NCBI GenBank assembly: GCA_038087875.1 | Contig: CM075990.1 | Location: 14,634,001-14,698,000 of the forward strand | Reading direction: 5' to 3' | DNA length: 64,000 bases | Source of the DNA: Malacoraja senta | Lineage: Eukaryota | In this document: positions 14,075 to 24,742 of the stretch, in pieces | Layout of the letters: each line of letters starts with the position of its first letter | Numbering within the stretch: the first letter of the stretch is position 1 | The notes under the pieces: generated by a model | Databases searched by the model: none | What the model saw: only the letters and a program-made list of their open reading frames with translations | What the model was told of the DNA's origin: nothing | Translations under genes and position numbers: made by a program

Positions 14075-14620
14075 TCCATATGGATTTGAGCGAGGCCTTT
14101 GATGAGGTACCACATAGTAGGCTGCTCTTGGAGAGCTGGCCGACCGGATTGAGAATTGGCTTCATGGAATAGAGCAGAGGGTGATGGTGGAAGGGTGTTT
14201 TCGAACTGGAGGTCTGTGACAGGTGGTGTGCCGCTGAGATTGGTGCTGGGCCCATTGCTGTTTGTGTTTTGTAATCAATAACTTGGATGAGAATAGACAA
14301 GGCATGATGAGTAAGTTTGCAGATGACACTAAAGTGGGTGGTATCATAGATAATGAACATGGTTAACAAAAAGCAAGAATTTCACTGACTCGTCACATGT
14401 GAGAACAATAAAGTATTCATTCATTCATTCAAAATTACGGCAGGGTTTTGATCAGCTGGGCAAGTGGGTTGAGGAGTTCAATGTAGGTACATAGGCTCCT
14501 GAAAGTGCCATTACATGTAAATGGAGTGTGCAAGAAGGCTTTTGGTACATTGGGCTTCATCAGTCAGCATTTTGAGTATAGATGTTAGGATGTTATGTTA
14601 CAGTTGTACAAGACATGCTA
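14075..14620 (+). mobile_element. Degraded CR1 RT fragment
   Basis: Remnants resembling MDF..AFDEVPH, SGVP..LGPLLF and SKFADDTK. Confidence 0.75.
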
Positions 14621-15041
14621 CATTTAGCATTTTATTTTGCTCCACAAAGGTCACGCTGTTAGTTCATTGTTCTGGGTCTCCAAAGATATATATGTCCCTC
14701 AAAGTCACGAACTAATTCAAGTCAAGGTCACCAACTAATTCAAGTCATGTCAAGTTTATTCTCATATCCATAAGGTGGTTGATGGTTCTTTATTTCTGTC
14801 TTTCTCCCTTTCTGAATAAAGGAGTTATCTTTGCCATTTTCCATTCTGATGGAACTGTTCATGAATCTAGGGAATTTGGAAAACTTAAACCAAACCATCA
14901 ACTGCAGGTGACCTCCATGTCATGCCAGTTTGGTTAATAAAAATTTGCCATTACCGTTTTCAAAAATCATTATTAAAAAAATCTGGGATACGGAATAACA
15001 TTTGTTTTGAAAGTTGAGTGAAAAAGAATAAATAAATAAAC

Positions 15042-16547
15042 AGTAGTGGTACCAAACGTGGTGAACAAACAGTTGCTTTATTCAGGTGTTTCATGCAAGT
15101 TTGGTCCACTAACAAAATTGTCGTTGTTTCTGCAACTGAGCGAGGGTGTTGTGTCGAGCTCAGCGACCTGTTGACTGGGTTGATCTCAAGGTGAGATATG
15201 CTTATGTAGCAGGACACTCCCCTTAACCCCATGACGTCATGTGAGAGCCCTCGTAATCACTGATGAGGGTTCGACTGCAAGTGGCCTGACTATCAGCTGA
15301 TGCCACAGGACACCCCCCCCCCCAGAACCGGAGGAAGTAATAGAACGAGCTAACCTTCTACAAGAAGGTCTGCAAGCATGGTAGAGGGTGGCTCTTGCTG
15401 TGGGTCGGAGGCACCCTGGCCATGAGTCAGGACGGTGGGGCCCGCAGGCGCAGTCGACGCTCTGGCTGTAGGCCGAGGGGTGCGAGGAGACCAATGCAAA
15501 AGCCGCCGGATGGACGAAACACAGTCGCATCTCCTCGACCAGCCGGGGATCGTGTCCTGAGAAATACGGCACCCAGCAACGGCTGGGAGACGTCGGCAAC
15601 AATGCAAACAAAGAAGGAATGTTTAAAAATAAATAATTATATAAACTGATTGCTAATCCCGGCATGTACTGTGTAAACAAAGTGAAAAGAAACAAAACCA
15701 ACTACAGTGAGCAATCAAGTGCAAAGTGGTAAGAAAGCTCAAATTGTCCAGTGTCCATGGTGCAGGATTGGAAGCTGTGCTGGAAAACTGGAGGTTGCAG
15801 TGACAGCATCCAACCTGATGTGGGGCTGTTGCCGTCGGACAGGCTGCAGGGATGGCATCTGGCCGGAAGGTGGCGTTGTGGACTGCGGTCAGGTGGCAGT
15901 GACGGTAGCCGACCTGAAGGTGGTGCTGTTGATGGCGGTCAGGGAAGGTCGAGCGTCTCTTCCGGCCGGCCGTGGCGGCCATTTTTGTAGTCGTTGCGTC
16001 GGCCATGTGGCAGTAGGCCGCGGTGGCCATTTTGGCGGCCGGCTGAGGCGGCCTTAAAAGGCGGGCCCCGGATGCGTGCAGGGCAGCCGGCATCGACGGG
16101 CCTCACCCCACTGCTGCAGATAGGGACTCCACTCACCGTGTGTCGATGACTTACGGTAGGGCCGGATTAGCGGCAGCGTCGTTGAGCAGGGCTGGGCTGT
16201 CGGCTGCAGACATCAGGTCTCCCGAGGCTGCGTTTGTCGGGAGAAACCCCAAATCCCAATTTGGATTGTCGGGGTCACCAATGTAGCGGCACCAAAAGTG
16301 GTGAACAAACAGTTACTTTATTCAGGTGTTACATGTAAGTTTGGTCCACTAACATAATTATCATTGTTGCTGCAGCTGAGCGAGGGTGTTGTCTCGAGCT
16401 CAGCGACCTGTTGACTGGGTTGATCTCAAGGTGAGATATGCTTATGCAGCAGGACACTCTCCTTAACCCCATGACGTCACGTGACAGCCCTCGTAACCAC
16501 TGATGAAGGTTCAACCTCAACTGGTCTGACTATCAGCTGATGCCACA
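15042..16547 (-). mobile_element. Non-autonomous miniature LTR retrotransposon (Gypsy-like, TRIM-type)
   Basis: 266-bp LTRs at 15042-15307 and 16282-16547 (TG..CA termini, about 24 mismatches by eye), 4-bp TSD AAAC, PBS TGGTGACCCCGAC (minus, 16268-16280; tRNA-Trp type) and a G-run PPT near 15313-15323. No recognisable gag or pol. Confidence 0.9.
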
Positions 16548-17266
16548 AAACACAATTATTTAAAAAAAAATCTAATTTCTTGATATATGTGCAGATGACA
16601 CCACTTTGGGTTATGGAAAATTGAGATACATTTTCTAGGAACACAATTCCACTTCCAATAATACACAGAGTGCATGTATCTCACCAGACACTTCTTTTAA
16701 GCTCCTAGGATGAAGTTCATCAGGACTTGGAGAATTGTCAGCCCTCAACTCCATCAATTTATTTTTGTTCTACTTCCCTGGTGATTGTACTTTACCTGAA
16801 TTTCTCCTTGCCATCCAATCATGATTTATAGCTATTTTGGAAGTGTTACTTGCATTCCTCTATATTGAAAACTGATGTAAAATATATTTTTATCTCATCA
16901 GTCATCTTCTTGTTTTCCATTGTTAATACTTTGGACTCACTTTTTATAGGACTCATTTTGTTAACTCATTTTCATCAATTCTTTACATTTCTGGCTCACT
17001 TTATCCTGTATTAATTTTTCCCATCATAATTCAGACTTGTTATTAGTTGCTGTTTTTATATCCTGCCCAATCTTCTAATCTGTCACCAGTCATTGTGCAA
17101 TCATATGGTATTTCTTTGTTGGGTACAAACTTTAACTTTCTTTTATTGGTTGACGAACTTTTGGAGCTTTTCTTTCTCTTAGGACAGTATTTCTTCTGAA
17201 TATTCTGAAATATCTCCTGCCTCTACATCTCAATTGACTGTCCCCTTTGTCTGAATGCACTGCCAA

Positions 17267-18259
17267 ATTAGAGATTAGAGATTAGAGATTCCTTTATTTG
17301 TCATTCAGACCTTTCGGTCTGAACGAAATTTCGTTGCCTGCAGTCATACATATAATAATAAATGACAAAACACACAATAAACACAAATTAACATCCACCA
17401 CAGTGAGTTCACCAGGCACCTCCTCACTGTGATGGAGGCAAAAGTCTTAAAGTCTCTGTCTCTTCCCGCTTTCTTCTCCCTCTGCGCTGAGGCGATCCAG
17501 GCTTCTGATGCTGTGGCCCCGCCGGGCGACGGTAAGCCAGTCCCGCGGCCGAATCCGTGCTCCGTGACGGGCCGGCTCAAACTCCGCGGCCCGGGGTGGT
17601 CGAAGCTGCCGAAGCTGCCGCCCTCCAGTCCAGCGGACGCAGCTGCAGCCGCGTGAGCCCCAGAAAAACAGGTCACCAACCTGTGACCTGCGCGCTCCCG
17701 ACGATGTCGTCCACTGGGCCCGCGGCCGAGCCTCCGGATTCAGGTCGCCACCAGTGTCCTCGGTCACCACCGCCGGAACGCCACCGCAGCTCCGAAGCCG
17801 GCCAGCCTCGCGCTCTCGAAGATGTCGTCCACTGGGCCAGCTGCGGCCGAGCCTCCGGATTCAGGTCGCCACCAGTGTCCTCGGTCGCCACCGCCGGAAC
17901 GCCACCGCCACCGCCGGAACGCCACCGCAGCCCCGAAGTTGGCCAGCCTCGCGCTGGTAAGTCCTGGCTCTGCCTCCGGAGCCTCGAGGTCGGTCGGTCG
18001 CAGTTGGAGGCCGGCAGCTCCGCCATTTTGGCCTCAGCGCAGACGGAGGCAGAGAAGGGGGATACGACAAGAAAAAGTCGCATTCCCCCGAAGGAAGAGA
18101 CAAAAGTCATGTTTCACCCCGCCCCCCCCCACCCCACACATACACAACCCAATAAACTAAAATTTAACTGAAACAGGACAAAAGAAAAAAAAAAAAAGTA
18201 AAAACAGACGGACTGCAGGCGAGCCGCTGCTGTACGACAGCGCCGCCACTTCCGGACCC
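17267..18259 (-). mobile_element. ~1 kb GC-rich non-autonomous retroposon (probably Rex1/Babar-mobilised)
   Basis: (CTCTAAT)3 tail, AATAAA and a GAAA-tetraloop hairpin at the 3' end. The 5' end reads GGGTCCGGAAGTGGCGGCGC. CpGs are retained and there is an internal ~118-bp tandem duplication. Confidence 0.7.
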
Positions 18260-18266
18260 ACAATTA

Positions 18267-18305
18267 TTCCACTGATCGTAATAATTAATATTACGATCAG
18301 TGGAA
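18267..18305. repeat. Perfect 17-bp inverted repeat
   Basis: TTCCACTGATCGTAATA-ATTAA-TATTACGATCAGTGGAA. Confidence 0.95.
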
Positions 18306-18364
18306 GGGTCCAGTTTTAAGTCTGTAATAAGAGCAAGTCACCATGTACAAAATCCACAGAAGGT

Positions 18365-18730
18365 CATGAGGAGAATAAATTAAAATCATGAGGGGAATAG
18401 ATAGGGTAGTTGTACTGTATTTTACCTAGAGTAGGGGAATCAAGAACCAGAGGATATACATGTAGGTTTAAATGAGAGGGGGAAGATTTGATAGGAACCC
18501 GAGGGGCAACTTTTTCCCCCACACAGAGTGTGGTGGGTATATGGACCAGGGAAGTAGGTGAGGCAGGGACTATAACAACATTGAAAAGATGTTTGGGGCA
18601 GGTACACTGAAAGGAAAGCTTTGGAGGGCTGTGGGCCAAACACGGGCAGGCGGGATTTGTGTAGATGGGGCATCTTGGTTGGCATAGGCAAGTTGAGCCG
18701 AAGGGCCTGTTTCAGTGATGTATGACTGTC
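18365..18730 (+). mobile_element. CR1 3' fragment
   Basis: IMRGIDRV..RGNFF..RVVGIW-like remnants and CR1 3' UTR. Confidence 0.75.
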
Positions 18731-19358
18731 CAACTCTAAGTCCACGGGCAAGTGCAAGCATAAGCACATCGAATGACATCTGCCTTTTGTTTGCCACTGA
18801 CTGCAAAATCTAGGCCAGTGTCTGAATCTTGGTCGATTCACAATGTAGGCAATGGGCACAGAAGTTTTTACTGGGATGAAGTTTTTGTGAGCAGTTCAGC
18901 TGTCAGAAATAATGGTCTAAGTTTTACTGTGGAGATGACAGCAAAACTATTGGCGCTCTTCCGGGCTGTGTTTTCTGCAACCTTCTACATTGCATTTAAG
19001 AGATCTCTGGAATTAATGTTTATTTATGAATTCTTCCTGCTGTAAAATATCCCAGCAATAGTTTGTTCTATAAGATCTATGAGATTTATTCATCTGTTGA
19101 GCCATATTTACAACTGAGCAATCTATTTTACACACAAGATTAATTTGAGGTATTTGGATTACACTTTCCTCACATAAGTATTTTAAAATATAAAGAATTT
19201 TACAAGTACTATTCTGTATTCCTTTTAGAAAGTCTATTTGCAATATTTTAGTTTCTGCGCTGATCAGATATATTTTGTAAGCCTTATTCAACACTGTATA
19301 TAGACTTAAATGTTAATTATAAGTTGTTCCCTGGTATGTTGTATGTGAGATCATGACT

Positions 19359-19660
19359 AGCACAGTGGTGAAGCTGGTGGACTTGCTGCTTCACAATGTC
19401 AGAGACCTGGGTTCGATCCCAACTTCTGCTGTCTGTGTGAGTTTGCATATTCTCCCTGTGACCACATGGTGCTCCAGTTTCGTCCCACATGCCAAAGGCA
19501 GGTTTGTAGGTTAATTGGCTTCTGTAAGTTGCCCCAAGTGTGTAGGGAGTGGATGAGAAAGTGGGATAACATAGAAGTAGGGTGAATGGGCCATCGATAG
19601 TCGGCGTAGACTCATTTTGGCCAAAGTACCTGTTTTAATGGTATGTCGAAACAAAATGAA
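19359..19660 (+). mobile_element. V-SINE copy (older)
   Basis: B box GGTTCGATCC, V-domain and CR1-like tail. Confidence 0.75.
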
Positions 19661-21210
19661 ACTTTTTAATATGATTGAACGCTCACCATAATTGTTGACA
19701 TCACAACCATTTCACTCCAGGGATCCCTTGAACTGATGACTGACAGCAACAGACAGGGCAAAAAGGAAAATCCTGCTGCAGAGATTGCTTGATCTTTGGG
19801 GAGTTTGCTTCATGATTAGTGAGGAACATCATTTCTTTAACCCGTTGGCAAATCCAGGTCAAGGAGTTTTGTCTTCTCTTGTCTGCCAACTGAAACCTTC
19901 AACTTTTCCAAGGCACAAGATGACTTCTGACAAAGCACACCAGTATCAGTCCTACAGTGAACTGGTCAGAGGAACCACATTGAAATAAATAGACACTTGG
20001 GCAAATATATTATCAGTTGTTTAAAAATATCCTAAGAATATTTTAACCTTGATATTGGAATGTAAATCTCAAATACTTAATACAAGAAGTATCTAGTCTG
20101 ACATATTGAGTACAACTTCTTCTTAAAAGCTTATACTGCTTGCATTTGCCATATTTCCAAAAAAAAACTTACATCGTACAGTTGAGCAAAGTTTTAGACT
20201 ATAAGGTAAGCATTATATTTGTTAAAACTAAACTAATAAATCATGCAAATTGCTCTTTTGGTTTGTGTCATCAGAATCCTTTGTTTGAAATATAGCTTGT
20301 TTTAACTTGCAGCAGGTTACCTGTGCTGAATTGTTTTTATTAGTTTGCATTATCTTCATTGTAGGCTGCAAAATGTCAGGAATACCCACAGGATAAATAT
20401 GTTGATTCTGCAGTCGTCGTTTAGATTTTTGTTGTTTTTGTCGTGTTGCAACAGTCAAATGTTGGAGGCAGCAGTAATAACAGATGCAATATGAGTGACA
20501 GAAGACTGTAAGATAAGATGAACTTATGACACATAATTGTAAGCAGTTTTACTGTTGCCAGATTGTTTTTTTGAAGTTATTGGAATGTTTCGGCATTATC
20601 AGTGTTGAATGTCTTGTATTCAGACCAGAAAAAGCCCTAAGGGTTATATACAATATCTGGCAATGTTCATCACAGAGACATTCTCTGGAATCTAAGTCCG
20701 TTAATGCAACTCAGATTAAACACAGTAAAGGAATAATATTGTGTGCCAAATTGCTTCATAGGCCATTCACTGGTATATTAATATACATTCTTTGTATGAG
20801 CATATTTAATTCTTTGGTTCACATCAATATACTTGTGCTGTCTAGATGCTTATCGTGTTGTACTGTTATAAAATGTGGTCCCAGATGTCCTGGATTAAGG
20901 GGGTTTGATCTTTGCATATTTCTCAGAATTATTACTTTCAATCATTTTTTTACTCCATCATTTGTATAAACCATATGAAGTTGAAGATATTAGACATCTA
21001 TATGAATGCATGCTTTCCAAGTAGTTGGTAAAATTTGTAGAGCATACCTTGTTGCATTAAGTACTAACCATAACACGGAAAAAGTTGGGCCAGTAAGTTT
21101 TAAAGGTACATTTAAAGCAAACAGAATATTACAGAAAATATGGCTGAAATTTGTTGACAAAAATAAGATTGCCATTTAGGTTTCTGTTATCAAGAATGAA
21201 AGATTAGTAA

Positions 21211-21521
21211 AGGCGGCCACGGTGGCACAGCGGTAGAGTTGCTGCCTTACAGCGCTTGCAGCGCCGGAGACCCGGGTTCGATCCCGACTACGGGTGCTGT
21301 CTGTACGGAGTTTGTACGTTCTCCCCGTGACCACATGGGTTTTCTCTGAGATCTTCAGTTTCCTCCCACACTCCAAAGACGTACAGGTATGGCTTGGTGT
21401 GTGTGTAAAGAATTGTCCCTAGTGTGTGTAGGATAGTGTTAATGTGCAGGTATTGCTGGTTGGTGTGGACTCAGTGGGCCGAAGAGCCTGTTTCCACACT
21501 GTATCTCTAAACTAAACTAAA
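21211..21521 (+). mobile_element. tRNA-derived V-SINE (HE1-like)
   Basis: Closely similar to the copy at 7960-8262, with a (TAAAC)n tail. Confidence 0.85.
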
Positions 21522-22029
21522 CATTGACAGGTATTTTGGTTATCCCAACTAAAAGTTGATATTGTTATTTAATTCATTGTTTCGTAGATACTTTCAAAGC
21601 TGTCAGGTCAAACTTGGAATTTGTTCGGAAGTATTTTTTGGAGTCAAGTTTACTTTGCATTCCTGATTTTTTGCACCAGCATTCATAAATGAAGATTATG
21701 TAGACTTATATGCCAAGTTTGCTGCATGGCACATTCTGTGGCAAAGAAACCAGTCGTGAACTACAAGATCGTGATACAATGGAATAAATTATAATTGCAT
21801 CCATTTTGAATTTTATGTTCTTGTTGTTCCTGCAATGTTTGTGTTCATATCAATTTGATGGCTTGCAAAACTAAAAATTCCATCACGTGGTCTTGATTAG
21901 GATTGTTGTCTGCTTTTAATGCCTACCGTATTTTCTTCACTGTTTTATTTTTCATGTTTTGGAAGATTGATGTTTGTTTAGGACAAACAACATTCTTGCT
22001 GGCATTTGCAGGTTATTTTTCTGCAATGG

Positions 22030-22315
22030 TGCCTCACAGTGTCAGAGACGTGGGTTCGATCCTGACCTCTGGTGCTGTCTGTGTGGAGTTTGCATGTTCT
22101 CCCTGTGACCACGTGGGTTTCATCTGTGTGCTCATTTCCTCCCATATCTCAAAGGACACATGGTTAATTGGCCTCTGCATATTGCCCCTAATGAGTAGGA
22201 ACTAGATGAGAAAGTTGGATAACATAGAACTGGTGTGAATGTGTGACCAAAGGCTAGTGTGGACTCAATGGGCCAAAGGGCCTGGTTCTATGTTGTATCT
22301 TTAAACTAAGCTGAA
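22030..22315 (+). mobile_element. V-SINE copy (older)
   Basis: GGGTTCGATCCTGACC..GGAGTTTGCATGTTCTCCCTGTGACC. Confidence 0.75.
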
Positions 22316-23014
22316 CATTCTGTTGTGAATTGTGTTGTAAAGCTTGTATTCCAACAAGGAAAATAAGTTTGTGAGCAGATAAACCGTATAAATAAATTGT
22401 ACCTCATTTGTACCTGTTTGCCTGGCTGAAGAAGGCACCCAACCCAAAACATCACATCCATGTCCTCCAGATATGCTGCCTGACCCGCTGAATTACCACA
22501 GCACTTTGTAAAACCCTGTAGATAAATTTATCTTTCAAAGATTTAACCTATTACCCAAGTGCCAACTCAGTTAGCTATCCATGTGCACATAGCAGGTGAA
22601 GGAAGGTTTGATAGAAAAGTTGTTTCCTTACTGCATAATGCACACTTCCAGATTTGTAGAGTTTTCCTGAATATTATGCTTCATAGATAACACCCTATGT
22701 ATTGTACTGACTGAGCCTGGTCATCAAGTCTGTACATCATGGGGCACTGGTGCAGCAAATAGATCACAGAATCGTTATAGTATAGGATACCACTCGGCCC
22801 ATTGAAACTACACATCTTCAGTACGGCAGTCCTCTCAGGCTCAATCAACGTGATTTCTTAAGACCCAGCAAATTGTCTTTCCAATTCCCTCTTGTTGATC
22901 TGTTACTACATCCATTGAGTTCCACATCACAACTACAAAATAGAAAGCTTCCCTCGTATTACCCTCCTTTATTTAATCCAAAACTTAACATCTGTGACAC
23001 CGCACTCCCCTGAA

Positions 23015-23295
23015 TCATAGAGTCATAGAGTGATATTGTGTGGAAACAGGCCCTTCAGCTCAATGTACCCACACTGGCCAACATGTGCCATTAGTACCAC
23101 CTGCCTGCGTTTGGTCCATATCCCTCTAAACCTGTCCTATTCATGTACCTGTCTAACTGTTTCTTAAACTTTGGGATAGTCCCAGCCTCAAGTACATCTT
23201 CTGGCAGCTTGTTCTATACACCTACCACACTTTGTGTGAAAAAGTTACCCCTCAGATTACTATTAAATCTTTTCCCCTTCATCTTAAACCTCAAT
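23015..23295 (-). mobile_element. CR1 3' fragment
   Basis: Reverse complement of a CR1 3' end with a (CTATGACT)-type tail. Confidence 0.75.
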
Positions 23296-23495
23296 TAATC
23301 TAGATATGGGAGCTGCCTCCCTCTATTTATTACATTTGCAGTCTTGTACAATAAGACAGAGCTCACGTTTTGTAGCAGTGTGCCAAATTAGTCACCAAAC
23401 AAATAAGGAAGCAACTCCATAATATGTCTCGGGTCCTCACTTGTTATCTGTAATTCAATTAACATGGTTCCAATCCTTTAACCGTGAACTGCTTA

Positions 23496-23802
23496 AGGGG
23501 CTGTCCCATTGTACGAGCTAATTCAAGAGTTCTCCCGAGTATCCCCTGATTCGAACTCGGAGAATTACGGTAATAGCCGCTCGTAGGTACTCGGGGCTCT
23601 CGTGGACATTTTTCAACATGTTGAAAAATCTTCACGAGCTTACCTCGTTTCCCGAGTACCTGCCGTTAGTGTTGCGAGCCGCTAAGAGACGTCCCGAGCT
23701 CCGAAGTACCTGCAACGTACATTCTACGTGCTTACCACGAGTTAGATTTTTTTTTTTACTTGGGAGAGCTCTTGAATTAGCTCGTACAGTGGGACAGCCC
23801 CT
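23496..23802. mobile_element. PIF/Harbinger-like MITE
   Basis: ~45-bp TIRs AGGGGCTGTCCCATTGTACGAGCTAATTCAAGAG.. / ..CTCTTGAATTAGCTCGTACAGTGGGACAGCCCCT, flanked by TTA and TGA (TWA-type TSD). Confidence 0.82.
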
Positions 23803-24742
23803 TGACGGTTACTATTAGGATCATTCTTTTCTCAAGACCAAAAGCTAAATTCAGCGAAATTGAGCCCACAAAATTAAAGTTGGCCATCTCAGTGCACATT
23901 TAGCTAGCTTGACACTGGCTATTTGTTAATTCAGGCAAAGATCTTGCTGCAACAGCAAATGCATATAATCACGCCGTTAACTCCAGTTTATCTTGCGAAA
24001 ATCCCAAATTGTATTCTCACAATTTAGTTTAAAATAGCCTTTGATGCCAGCCTCTGATGACTTTCTCAAACTTATTGGCAATAATTTCAGACTGATTAGC
24101 TTAGACTGTCAGCTAGTCCCACTGATCTTGGATCAAAGACAGCAAATGTTGGACAAGATTTACAATTGTAATTAATATTGTTGGATCTCTAAAGGGATGA
24201 TTTTAATTCTGCTTATTTGGCAGGAAGAAGATGGATTGATGGTTTAAGTCACTGGAGAGTATTTACCATTCATTTCCTGCTGTGTTTCCACTCACTGGCA
24301 CTTTAAACATATTTTACGTTGTCAGCCAAGGTGCCCACAGAAGATGTACAGGGTTTCTTGAATGCATGCAGCCTTCGATTTTGTGGGAATAAAGTAAGAG
24401 ACACAGTTTCAAAAAAGAGCACAGGAATGCAGAGATCTCCAGAGCGCCTGTATGTTATTGAAAGTCGCAGGTCAAATTTAGAAAGGGGATGTAAAAGCAT
24501 AAGACATTTGAGGTTTAAACTGATGGGCATAGAGAAGAAGAACCATAAAATCATAAAGAGCCTTTATAGATTATTGGTTCTGCTGCATCTTAAGTATTGT
24601 ACTGAGAATGGGTGCAATGGAGATTTTCTGCAATGATTTTGGTGTTGAAGGGCTTTATTTCCCTGAATAGAATTTGGGGTGGCATGATGTTGCAGCTGTA
24701 GAGTTTGCTTCCTTACAGCACCAGAGATCCGAGTTCCATTCT

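Noticed and set aside
15237..16136. ORFs inside the LTR element as gag or accessory genes
   Set aside because: No CCHC, protease, RT or integrase motifs are present, and ORFs in many frames reflect high GC content.
17344..18171. Multiple 100-200 aa Pro/Arg/Gly-rich ORFs
   Set aside because: They arise from the GC-rich tandemly duplicated retroposon body and show no domain motifs.
20526..20969. 147-aa ORF and other short ORFs in AT-rich desert sequence
   Set aside because: Composition is random-like (rich in Ile, Leu, Cys, Phe), with no motifs or supported splice structure.
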